From an uncultured Aliarcobacter sp. (GTDB taxonomy: Bacteria; Campylobacterota; Campylobacteria; Campylobacterales; Arcobacteraceae), in assembly GCA_963677435.1 (NCBI GenBank), contig OY781945.1:1632001-1696000 (forward strand): a stretch of 64,000 nt of DNA, given 5' to 3'. Shown piece after piece: positions 20,806 through 29,583 of this stretch. The translations under genes were made by a program, and so were the position numbers. Each line of letters opens with the position of its first letter. Positions within the stretch are counted from its first letter, which is position 1. The notes beneath the pieces were generated by a model, which saw only the letters and a list, made by a program, of their open reading frames with translations, was not told the origin of the DNA and ran no database searches.

Positions 20806-21237
20806 ATGTATAGTAAAAAAGAAGTCACTGAAAGATTTTAAGTAACAAGAACGACTCTAGATAATTGGAAAACATCTAAACCAAATCTTTATAATTTATT
20901 ATTAAATTCTGATAGTTTAAATAATAAGCTTAGAGAAATTACAATTATTTTAGAGAAATATTCAAAAACAATAAAAAGTCAATTTGAAATAGAAGAAGTA
21001 GAATATATTTTAAATTTAGATTTAGAAAATTATTTAGAAGAGATAGAAAGGCTTCATACAATTTATATAGAACAAATATCAAAAGATTTAAAATAAAATA
21101 GCAAATGGATTTTAACTATTTATCAAAAAATACAAAATCTAAATATTATTGAAAGATATATTTTCATTTCTAGAATAAAAAGTGTAAAAAAACAAAAAAC
21201 AAAAGAAAAAGAGCTTATAACGGTCTCGAATTTTTAA
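20806..21237 (+). pseudogene. HTH-containing hypothetical gene with an in-frame stop at codon 12
   Basis: MYSKKEVTERF*VTRTTLDNWKTSKPNLYNLL... continues in the same frame to 21237; N-terminus resembles an HTH. Confidence 0.6.
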
Positions 21238-21333
21238 ACACCAATATATAGCTTCTTTGATATCTTATTATTTTTTAAAAAAATATTTATACTATTCAAC
21301 TTGGAATGGATTTTGAGTTGAAGTTTTAATCTA

Positions 21334-22300
21334 TTATTTTAGATAAGAAATCTTCTCAATAGCCTCTTTTAAAATATGTACTTCGTAGGGATTAGTATAG
21401 TCATTAGTGATTTTATTTTCATTTTCTGCACCATGTCCTGCAATTTCGTTAATCATTTGATATTCTACTTTTTTTTGTTTTAATTTATTTTGTAGGGTAT
21501 TTCTAAAACTATGAAAAACATATTTTTTGCCAAACCCTAATTTTATTTTGAAATATCCATAATCTTGGCTAAATTTTGTTGATTTAATTGTAAATAAGTT
21601 ATTAGAATTGACATTTTTAACATAATCAAAGAAATCTTCTAATAGTTCACTATGAATTGAAACTTTTCTAAAACTACTCATTGTTTTTATAGCTTTATCA
21701 TCATCAATATCAATAGTTAAATTAAAATAGTCAATATCATTTTCATCTTTTAGAATATCTTTTTTTGCTAATTGACAAATTTCATTTTCTCCTGCAGCAG
21801 TATAAGCTGCAATTTTGATAATAATTTCGTATTCTTTATGATATTTATTTAATACATTTTTCTTTTGAGTGTATTTTATAAAATCAATATTTTCTAATAT
21901 TTTTTTATACTCTTCATTTTTATAAGGACTTCTTTTACTATTAATTTTTTCTCGTATAGTTGGCTTAAATGTAATATTTTTTGTAATGGCAGGGATATAG
22001 TGTGATTTTTTACTACAATGGTTTAGAAATGCAATGACATTTTTTAATGCATTATTTAAAGTTCCAATCTATGTTTTTTAAACTTTTTAGCACTCCACAT
22101 CTAACCCAAACTCTAACTCTTTTGTATCATCTAAATTAATTAATTCTAATAGGCTATATCTTTTTCTATAATTGGGTCCTATATATATCAACTTCTTTGT
22201 TTAAATCAAGAATAAGGCTATTTATTTCATCAATAGATAGGTGGTCTGTATTGCGATTTACAATATCATCAAAATTTCTTTTTTTAAACTCATCAATATA
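21334..22300 (-). pseudogene. Tyrosine recombinase/integrase, degraded
   Basis: FHSFRNT, IAGH and TNDY catalytic boxes; in-frame upstream IAAYTAAGENEICQL has Gly where the catalytic Arg is expected; frame broken near 22070. Confidence 0.85.
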
Positions 22301-22449
22301 GTGTAACAAGTGTAATATTCTTTATTTTAAAAAAATATCATTTTAATCCTAATTATCGAATTTCTTAGAAAAAAAGAATATTACAATTTGTAATAATTAT
22401 TTTGTTTTTTATTTTTCTATGATAACATTTTTAAAAAAAGGATACAGTT

Positions 22450-23205
22450 ATGTTTACTCATAAAAATAATACTTATTTACAAATTGATACAGCAAAAATT
22501 TACTATGAAGAGTTAGGTGATAAAAGTAAAGATGTTCTTCTATTTTTACATGGTGGATTAGGAAATATTGATGATTTAGGTGAAATAGCAAAAGATTTTA
22601 TAAATGATTATAGAATTATTGGCATTGACAGTAGAGGTCATGGATCTTCTACATTAGGAAAAAATAAATTATCGTATGAACTTATAGAAAATGATATATA
22701 TGCTATTTTAGATTATTTAAATATAAAAAAAGTTTCGATTATAGGTTTTAGTGATGGTGGCATTGTTGGTTTAAGAATTGCTTCTTCAAATAAAATAAAA
22801 GTTGAGAAACTCGTTTCAATTGCTTCTTCTTGGAATCTTGATGAACAACAAAAAGATATATATAAATCATTAACAGCTGAAGAAATGAAAAATATTTTTT
22901 CTAAAGAATATGATTTATATCAAGAACTAAACTCAGAAGCAAATTTTGAATTATTATCAAAAGAATTGATTAAAATGTGGATGGATGAGTCAAGTAGTGG
23001 CTATCCCAATGAAAATGTAAAAAATATTAGCGCAAAAACACTTTTAATAAGAGGAGATAATGATTTTTTAACTTCATTAAATAGTTTTGAAGTTCTTCAA
23101 AGTAAATTAAGTGAGTGTTCAATTTTAAATATCCCTTTTGCTGAACATGAAGTATATAAAGAAGAAAAAGAGATAGTTATTTCATATATAAAAAGATTTT
23201 TGTAA
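22450..23205 (+). CDS. Alpha/beta fold hydrolase
   Basis: LHGGLG, IDSRGHG, GFSDGG nucleophile elbow, GDND, H near the C-terminus. Confidence 0.9.
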   Translation: MFTHKNNTYLQIDTAKIYYEELGDKSKDVLLFLHGGLGNIDDLGEIAKDFINDYRIIGIDSRGHGSSTLGKNKLSYELIENDIYAILDYLNIKKVSIIGFSDGGIVGLRIASSNKIKVEKLVSIASSWNLDEQQKDIYKSLTAEEMKNIFSKEYDLYQELNSEANFELLSKELIKMWMDESSSGYPNENVKNISAKTLLIRGDNDFLTSLNSFEVLQSKLSECSILNIPFAEHEVYKEEKEIVISYIKRFL

Positions 23206-23266
23206 ATCTCTATGAAAAAATATTATAGTAATATACATTTCAAAAATTAACTAATAAAGTGAAAAA

Positions 23267-23713
23267 ATGAAAGTAAAATATTTAGAAAAATTTTATGTTG
23301 CGGGAATTACAGTAAAAACGAACAACAAAATAGAATTAGATGAAACAACGGCACAAATACCAAAACTTTGGCAAAGATATGTGGATGAAAATATTGAAAG
23401 TAAGACATTTAACAAGTCAAGAAATTTGGCTATGTATGGAGTTTACAATAAGTATGAAAAAGATGTAAATTCTGATTATGATTATACAATTTGTGTTGAA
23501 GTTACAAAACCAAAAAATGCTATAACTATAGAAAAAGATAGATATTTGGTATTTTCAAAAAAAGGTGAATTTCCAAAAGTTGTAATAGAAGCTTGGCATG
23601 AAGTTTGGGACTATTTCGCTTCAAAAGAGTGTGAATATGAAAGAGTATACAATTTTGATTTTGAAAAATATTCAAAAGATGATGAAATAGAAATATATAT
23701 TTCTATAAAGTAA
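23267..23713 (+). CDS. GyrI-like effector-binding protein (paralogue of 13701..14144)
   Basis: Shares MYGVY..YE.D, VEVTKPKNAI, YLVF.K.GE, DFEKY.K..EIEIY.SIK. Confidence 0.85.
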   Translation: MKVKYLEKFYVAGITVKTNNKIELDETTAQIPKLWQRYVDENIESKTFNKSRNLAMYGVYNKYEKDVNSDYDYTICVEVTKPKNAITIEKDRYLVFSKKGEFPKVVIEAWHEVWDYFASKECEYERVYNFDFEKYSKDDEIEIYISIK

Positions 23714-23833
23714 AATAGATTGTTATGAAATTTTATCTAAATTAAAAGCAAGATATTACTTGAAAATACCCCTAAATTATAAGAAAGTATACTTATTGTA
23801 TAATGCCAAGATCTAAAGTTTAAAAGGAAAATA

Positions 23834-24181
23834 ATGAGTCAATTACCTAATTGCCCAAAATGTGGAAGCGAATATACTTACGAAGATGGAAACTTATATA
23901 TCTGTCCTGAGTGTGCCCATGAATGGTCTCAGGATGCATCATCTTCTGAAAGTAGCGATACATTAGTAGTAAAAGATGCAAATGGTACTATTTTACAAGA
24001 TGGAGATGATGTAACTGTTATCAAAGATTTAAAAGTTAAAGGTAGTTCATCTGGAATTAAAGTTGGTACTAAAATCAAAGGTATTAGACTTGTTGAGGGA
24101 AATGATGGTCATAACATCGACTGTAAAGTTACAGGTGTTGGAGCTATTAAATTAAAACAAGAGTTTGTTAAAAAATCTTAA
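23834..24181 (+). CDS. phnA: Zinc-ribbon PhnA/YjdM family protein
   Basis: [44 protein letters not shown]. Confidence 0.93.
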   Translation: MSQLPNCPKCGSEYTYEDGNLYICPECAHEWSQDASSSESSDTLVVKDANGTILQDGDDVTVIKDLKVKGSSSGIKVGTKIKGIRLVEGNDGHNIDCKVTGVGAIKLKQEFVKKS

Positions 24182-24192
24182 TTTAATCAAAC

Positions 24193-24219
24193 AAGAAGTT
24201 TTGAATTTCAAAACTTCTT
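24193..24219. terminator. Inverted repeat between convergent genes, probable terminator
   Basis: AAGAAGTTTTGAA-T-TTCAAAACTTCTT. Confidence 0.6.
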
Positions 24220-24226
24220 AGAAGTT

Positions 24227-24763
24227 TTAAGCCTTATAATCTTCTATTTTAAAGGTGTTAAATAATATATCAGTTGCTAACATTCTAGCTCCGTGATTTA
24301 AAGCATCTATTATATCTTTGTCTTGCCAATCTAACTTTCTTAATTCATCCATATCATTTTCATTTACTTTGTGAGGATTTTTCATAGAGTTGATTACAAA
24401 TTTTAAAAGGGCATTCTCTTTCTGAGTTAGTTTTGAACTATCTAAATCTTTTTTCATTGATTGTACTTCTTCTAAACTCCATTTTGCATGGTTTACCAAC
24501 ATTGCTGTATTAAAATCGATACAAAAATTACACTCTTCTTTGCTTGATACACAAATTCTAATACTTGCTAGTAGTGCCATTGATAAAGTAGGGTGAGTTG
24601 CGTAATATTTTATAAAATCTAGTTGCTGTTTTAAAAGCTCAGGACTTGAACTAAATAGTTTGGCATTGTTTCCAACGCTTCCTCTTACTTTGATAATTTC
24701 ATTATAAATTTCTAGTAATTCACCACTTGCTTCGTTTGTTTCGTATGTTTTTATAATTGGCAT
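24227..24763 (-). CDS. AhpD/carboxymuconolactone decarboxylase-like protein
   Basis: VS...ECNFCIDFN (CxxC, usual His absent), KENALLKF, helical CMD-like layout. Confidence 0.7.
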   Translation of the reverse strand: MPIIKTYETNEASGELLEIYNEIIKVRGSVGNNAKLFSSSPELLKQQLDFIKYYATHPTLSMALLASIRICVSSKEECNFCIDFNTAMLVNHAKWSLEEVQSMKKDLDSSKLTQKENALLKFVINSMKNPHKVNENDMDELRKLDWQDKDIIDALNHGARMLATDILFNTFKIEDYKA

Positions 24764-24781
24764 TTTATTTCCTTTATTTTG

Positions 24782-24832
24782 TTGACAAATTGGTCAAGTC
24801 TAATTTTAATAAAACTTGACCGATTTGTCAAG
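24782..24832. promoter_or_regulatory. Two TetR-type operator palindromes
   Basis: TTGACAAATTGGTCAAG (24782-24798) and CTTGACCGATTTGTCAAG (24815-24832) are near reverse complements of each other, between the divergent AhpD-like and TetR genes. Confidence 0.75.
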
Positions 24833-24853
24833 TATAAAATGTTATAATTCAAA

Positions 24854-25429
24854 ATGGAAAATAATACAAGAAAAAACTTAATAGATTCAGCCTTTAATGA
24901 GATTTATTCAAATGGCTATCAAGGTGCATCCTTAACAACAATATTAAAAAATGCAAAAGTACACAAAGGTTCAATGTACCATTTTTTTGAAAATAAAAAA
25001 GATATGGCATTGGTTTGTATAAAAGAAAAAATTTATGAACGATTTAATCAAAGATACTCTTTGATTTTAGCTTTAGAATCTGGTTATTTAGAAGCTTTTA
25101 TAAATGGCTTAAAAGATACAAGCCAAAGGGATTTTAACAAAGGTTGTCCTATTGCAAATATTGTTCAAGAGATGTCAAATATTGATGAAGATTTCAAAGT
25201 TTTGATGGAAGAGATTTATCAAAGTTTCAGAAAAAATATAAAAGATATTTTAGATATATCAATTCAAAAGAATGAGATGAAAGAGTGTGATACAGGAAAA
25301 CTTGCACTTTATATAGCTTCAACTTTAGAAGGAGCGATTTTGTCTGCAAAAGCTACTCAAAATATTCAAGATTACACAGATGTGATAGATATTTTATCTT
25401 CTTATATAATGTCATTTAAAAAGAGTTAA
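24854..25429 (+). CDS. TetR family transcriptional regulator (NemR/LmrA-like)
   Basis: N-terminal HTH GYQGASLTTIL...KGSMYHFFENK; GCPIAN motif. Confidence 0.92.
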   Translation: MENNTRKNLIDSAFNEIYSNGYQGASLTTILKNAKVHKGSMYHFFENKKDMALVCIKEKIYERFNQRYSLILALESGYLEAFINGLKDTSQRDFNKGCPIANIVQEMSNIDEDFKVLMEEIYQSFRKNIKDILDISIQKNEMKECDTGKLALYIASTLEGAILSAKATQNIQDYTDVIDILSSYIMSFKKS

Positions 25430-25430
25430 T

Positions 25431-26051
25431 ATGAATTTAGAAAAACTAAAAGATATGGAAGCGGAGTTTTTAACTTTTTATCCAACAGGTTTTGAAGATG
25501 CAAAATTTTTCCCAACTATGAAAAAATTTAACCCCTTAAAACTTGAAGAGTTTACAAAAGAGAGTTTTAAAAAAGAGAATTTTTCTAATCCAAATTTGGT
25601 TGTGGATGCTTTTTTTAAAATTATTCAAAAATCTGTTTTGGTTTCATTGTTTGATAAACTAAAGTTTAGAGATATGTTAGAAAGTTTAACATCTTATGAA
25701 AAAGACATGTTGAGTATTGAACTATATGAACTTCTACACGGAAATAAAAAAGATGGCTTTGAGGGTTTAGTTGGATATTTAAGTCAATATAATCTTGCAA
25801 AATGGACAATAATTTCTGTGATTTTATATTATAACGATAGACAAAAAGAATATTTTATAAAACCTACAACTACAAAAAATGTAATCAAATATTTTGACCT
25901 AAAAGATTTAGTTTATAAACCAAAACCTAGTTTTGAGTTTTATGACTCTTACAAAAAAGTTTTGAATGAGATGAAAAAAAATGTAGATAAATCTCTTCAT
26001 CCTGACAATGCAGCCTTTACTGGATTTTTGAGAATAGGGATGGAAGATTGA
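25431..26051 (+). CDS. Conserved hypothetical protein
   Basis: 206-aa ORF tightly coupled to both neighbours; AKWT, FIKPTT, DNAAFTGFL. Confidence 0.7.
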   Translation: MNLEKLKDMEAEFLTFYPTGFEDAKFFPTMKKFNPLKLEEFTKESFKKENFSNPNLVVDAFFKIIQKSVLVSLFDKLKFRDMLESLTSYEKDMLSIELYELLHGNKKDGFEGLVGYLSQYNLAKWTIISVILYYNDRQKEYFIKPTTTKNVIKYFDLKDLVYKPKPSFEFYDSYKKVLNEMKKNVDKSLHPDNAAFTGFLRIGMED

Positions 26052-26055
26052 TTTT

Positions 26056-26655
26056 ATGAATGAGTTGTATTATGAACAGTTTAGAAATGTATGTAAAGAA
26101 TATTATGATTTTAATGATGAAAATTTTGAAAGACTTAAAAATATTACTTTTTTAAAAGAGATAAAAAAAGGTGAAATTTTACTTGATAATTATTCAAAAG
26201 CAAAATATATCTATTTTATTTGTAAAGGAATTTTACGAACTTATTATATAGGTGAAAATGGCGAAATATATACTAAAAATCTTTTTAGTGAGAATTATTT
26301 TTCAGCTTCAAAGGTTTCACTTCTTACAAAAGAGGATTCATATTTAAATATCGAAGCTTTGGAAGATTGTACGCTTATTTATATTGACTTTGAGAAGTAT
26401 AAAGAGTTGATAGACAAATACAATGAATTTAAAACTTTTTATATAAATTATTTAGAAAAAAACTGGGTAATAGTAAAAGAAAAAAATGAAATTTCCCTAA
26501 TCCTTGATGATGCAACAACTAGATATGAAAACTTTATAAAAAACAATGCAAACATTGAAAATAGAGTAGCTTTACATCATATCGCAAATCATTTAGGAAT
26601 AACTCCAACTCAGTTGAGCAGGATTAGAAAAAAGTTAAACTCTCAACATATGTAA
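26056..26655 (+). CDS. Crp/Fnr family transcriptional regulator
   Basis: cNMP-binding domain (YFICKGILRTY, IEALED) and HTH IANHLGITPTQLSRIR. Confidence 0.9.
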   Translation: MNELYYEQFRNVCKEYYDFNDENFERLKNITFLKEIKKGEILLDNYSKAKYIYFICKGILRTYYIGENGEIYTKNLFSENYFSASKVSLLTKEDSYLNIEALEDCTLIYIDFEKYKELIDKYNEFKTFYINYLEKNWVIVKEKNEISLILDDATTRYENFIKNNANIENRVALHHIANHLGITPTQLSRIRKKLNSQHM

Positions 26656-26721
26656 ATGAATTAAAAAATTTATTCTACTATTATTGCAAACATATTTTAT
26701 TTATATTTTCAAAGGATTTTT

Positions 26722-27597
26722 TTGACACAAACTTTAAAAGCTCATTTATTAGTATTATTAGCCACTTTTTTGGTTGCTGGTTCGTTTGTTGCATCTGCAA
26801 AACTTTCAGGTGTTATTGATTCTATCTCACTAACTTTATTTCGTTTTTTTGTGGCTTCTTTATTTTTAGCACCAATTATATTTTTAAATAAAAACTACAG
26901 AGAAAAAATACTTTCTACGATGCCACGAGCCATGGTTATAAGTCTTTTTTATTCTTTATACTTTATTGGGCTTTTCAAAGCTTTAGAGAGTACAACTGCT
27001 TTAAATACTGGAACTTTATTTACATTAGTTCCTTTATTAACAGGGATTTTGTGTATCTTTTTCTTAAAAGAAGAGATGAGTTTAAAACAGTTATTTATCT
27101 ATCTTGTGGGAATTATTGGAACTTGTATTGTTGTATTTAAAGCAGATATAAATCTGTTTTTGAACTTCACTTTAAATCAAGGTGATATTATCTTTTTATT
27201 TGCCATCGTTGCTATGGCTTTGTATTCTATTACTTTAAAACTTCTTCATAAGAAAGAAGATGAACTTTTGGTTCTTGTTTTTTGTACTTTAATTGGTGGT
27301 TGTATTTGGATGTTTTTGACTTTAGAAATTTTAGATATACCTTTAAATTGGGAAAAAATTCAAGGTGATTACATCTATTATATGCTTTATTTGATTATTG
27401 CTGCTACTCTTATGACAGTCTATTTATATCAGCAAGCAGCTATAAATATTGGACCTAAAAAAGTTATGGCTTATGTTTATTTAAACCCTGTTGCTATTGC
27501 TATTTTATTGTTCATTTTTGAAAATCAAGTTATTTTAGGAAAAGTCATAGTTGGAATTATAATCTCAACTATAACTACTTTTTTACTTTTAATATGA
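26722..27597 (+). CDS. DMT/EamA family transporter
   Basis: About 10 TM segments in a duplicated EamA pattern. Confidence 0.88.
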   Translation: MTQTLKAHLLVLLATFLVAGSFVASAKLSGVIDSISLTLFRFFVASLFLAPIIFLNKNYREKILSTMPRAMVISLFYSLYFIGLFKALESTTALNTGTLFTLVPLLTGILCIFFLKEEMSLKQLFIYLVGIIGTCIVVFKADINLFLNFTLNQGDIIFLFAIVAMALYSITLKLLHKKEDELLVLVFCTLIGGCIWMFLTLEILDIPLNWEKIQGDYIYYMLYLIIAATLMTVYLYQQAAINIGPKKVMAYVYLNPVAIAILLFIFENQVILGKVIVGIIISTITTFLLLI

Positions 27598-27601
27598 AAA
27601 C

Positions 27602-28537
27602 TTAGGCATTTTGATACTTAGTAAATAAAAGTAATCCACCCATAATTAGGGCAATACCTAAAATAGAATAAAGATTTAAAGTAGCATTTCCCAAAAATAT
27701 CATTCCACCAATAAGTGAAAAGCCAACTTCACTTGCTTGTGTTGAGTCAACTGCTGCTATTTCATTTGAATCTTTTGCTAAGTTTCTTGCATATAAAAAT
27801 ATCGGAGTTGCTAGAATTCCTGAAAAAAATGCTATTAAAGCAGTTGTGATTATTTGTGAATCACTTGGTGCTGGTGGATTAATAATTGTTAATAAAATAA
27901 TCCAAAAGGGAATAGAACCAATTGACATTAAAAATACTTTATTAAAGGCATTTGATAGTAGTTTTGAAGTTATTTTTGGTACATTTTTATGATCTCCATT
28001 TTTTGCTTCCCAAACCAATTGATTTCCCATTGGATAAAAAAATGAGGCAATTAAAACAGGAAGACCACCTAGTAATAAAGCTTTTAAATCAAAATTTTCC
28101 ATATGTGAAAGGTTTACTAAACAAACACCAACAAAGATTATAAATGAAAAAATCCAAATTTTTTTAGGAAATTTTTTCCCAAACATCATAAAAACAAAAA
28201 GCCCTGAAAACATTGTAAATTGCCAAGTTGCAGCTATTACCCATCCTGGTGAATAATCAGCACTAAAACAAAGTAAAGCATAGAAAAATCCATATCCTAT
28301 TGTTCCACTTATTGTCCAAAACCAGTAGTTTTCCATAAATAGTTTACATACATCTTTTAGTCGTTTTATTCCACCTTGTAAAAGTAGAATGATTATTAAA
28401 AAAACAATTACGAAAAAATATCTAAGGATTGCAGACCATAGCCAATGTCCACCTGAAACACTCATAACATCGTTAAACACAAAGGTTGTACTAAAAAAAG
28501 CACCAGAAAGGATACCTAATAAAATCAGTTTAATCAT
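27602..28537 (-). CDS. Multidrug-resistance efflux transporter family (YjlA-like DMT)
   Basis: FFSTTF..N..M...GGHWLWSA.LRY, PGWVIAATWQ, YPMGNQLVW, AAVDSTQASEV. Confidence 0.8.
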   Translation of the reverse strand: MIKLILLGILSGAFFSTTFVFNDVMSVSGGHWLWSAILRYFFVIVFLIIILLLQGGIKRLKDVCKLFMENYWFWTISGTIGYGFFYALLCFSADYSPGWVIAATWQFTMFSGLFVFMMFGKKFPKKIWIFSFIIFVGVCLVNLSHMENFDLKALLLGGLPVLIASFFYPMGNQLVWEAKNGDHKNVPKITSKLLSNAFNKVFLMSIGSIPFWIILLTIINPPAPSDSQIITTALIAFFSGILATPIFLYARNLAKDSNEIAAVDSTQASEVGFSLIGGMIFLGNATLNLYSILGIALIMGGLLLFTKYQNA

Positions 28538-28665
28538 AAAAGTCCATTAATAAATAATTTTTTGCGTACGGTAACATAAACAAACTTATAAAAGTGTTGT
28601 TTTTAATAAAGATTTTAGTGTTAATATTTGATACAATAAAATTATATAAAAATTAGGGAGAAAAT

Positions 28666-29505
28666 ATGAATACTTTTTTATCAAATGAAAATACGAAAAT
28701 GCCAAATATGATTTATGGAACAGCTTGGAAAAAAGAAAATACTACAGATTTAGTTTTTGAAGCGTTAAAACAAGGTTTTAAAGGTATTGACACTGCTTGT
28801 CAACCAAAACATTATAGGGAAGATTTAGTAGGACTTGGACTTCTTAAAGCTTATGAGACTGGTATAAAAAGAGAAGATATCTTTCTTCAAACAAAATTCA
28901 CTCCAATTGATGGGCAAGATCAAAATAATATGCCATATTTACAAAGTGACGAGATTGAAATTCAAGTGGAAAAATCTTTCGAAACTTCTAAAAAAAATCT
29001 AAAGACTGATTTTATAAATGCGTACATTTTACATTCACCCGTATATCCAGGAAGCAAACTACAAAGAGTTTGGCAAAAAATGGAAGAGTTTTATGACAAA
29101 AAAGAAGTAGGGGCTTTGGGAATTAGTAACTGTTATGATTTAGATGTTTTAGTTTATTTGTACAATAATGCAAAAGTAAAACCAAGTATCGTTCAAAATA
29201 GGTTTTATGCCCAAAGTGGATATGACAAAGAAATTAGAGTTTTTTGTGAAGAAAAAGGCATTAAATATGAGAGTTTTTGGTCATTAACTGCAAATCCACA
29301 TATTTTAAGTAGTGAGATTTTAATAGAGTTAGCAAGTAAATATAATAGAGAAGTTACTCAAATATTTTATAGATTTTTAAATCACATAAATATTGTTCCT
29401 TTAAATGGAACAACATCAACAAAACATATGATAGATGATTTAAAAATAATGGAATTTGAACTTTTAGATGAAGAAATTAATCAAATTGCCATTTTACTGA
29501 ACTAA
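28666..29505 (+). CDS. Aldo/keto reductase
   Basis: YGTAWK, GIDTA, YRE, FLQTKF, ILHSP, LGISN, VQNRF. Confidence 0.9.
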   Translation: MNTFLSNENTKMPNMIYGTAWKKENTTDLVFEALKQGFKGIDTACQPKHYREDLVGLGLLKAYETGIKREDIFLQTKFTPIDGQDQNNMPYLQSDEIEIQVEKSFETSKKNLKTDFINAYILHSPVYPGSKLQRVWQKMEEFYDKKEVGALGISNCYDLDVLVYLYNNAKVKPSIVQNRFYAQSGYDKEIRVFCEEKGIKYESFWSLTANPHILSSEILIELASKYNREVTQIFYRFLNHINIVPLNGTTSTKHMIDDLKIMEFELLDEEINQIAILLN

Positions 29506-29583
29506 TTTGTAATTTATTTAAGCATTTTTTTGAGTATAATAATTTTTGTAAGATAGGGTGATTTTAAGCTAAGGGTTTAATTT

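Larger units (their letters stand above)
15100..22300. mobile_element. Decayed integrative mobilizable element / integrated plasmid
   Basis: Rep-like, relaxase and tyrosine-recombinase relics, several pseudogenes and two acyltransferase cargo genes. Boundaries approximate; no att repeats identified. Confidence 0.7.

Noticed and set aside
15198..22330. Similar AAGTGTAA.ATT.CTTT.ATT sequences near 15200 and 22310 as att sites
   Set aside because: Gapped, AT-rich match that is explained equally well by minus-strand TACACT -10 elements.
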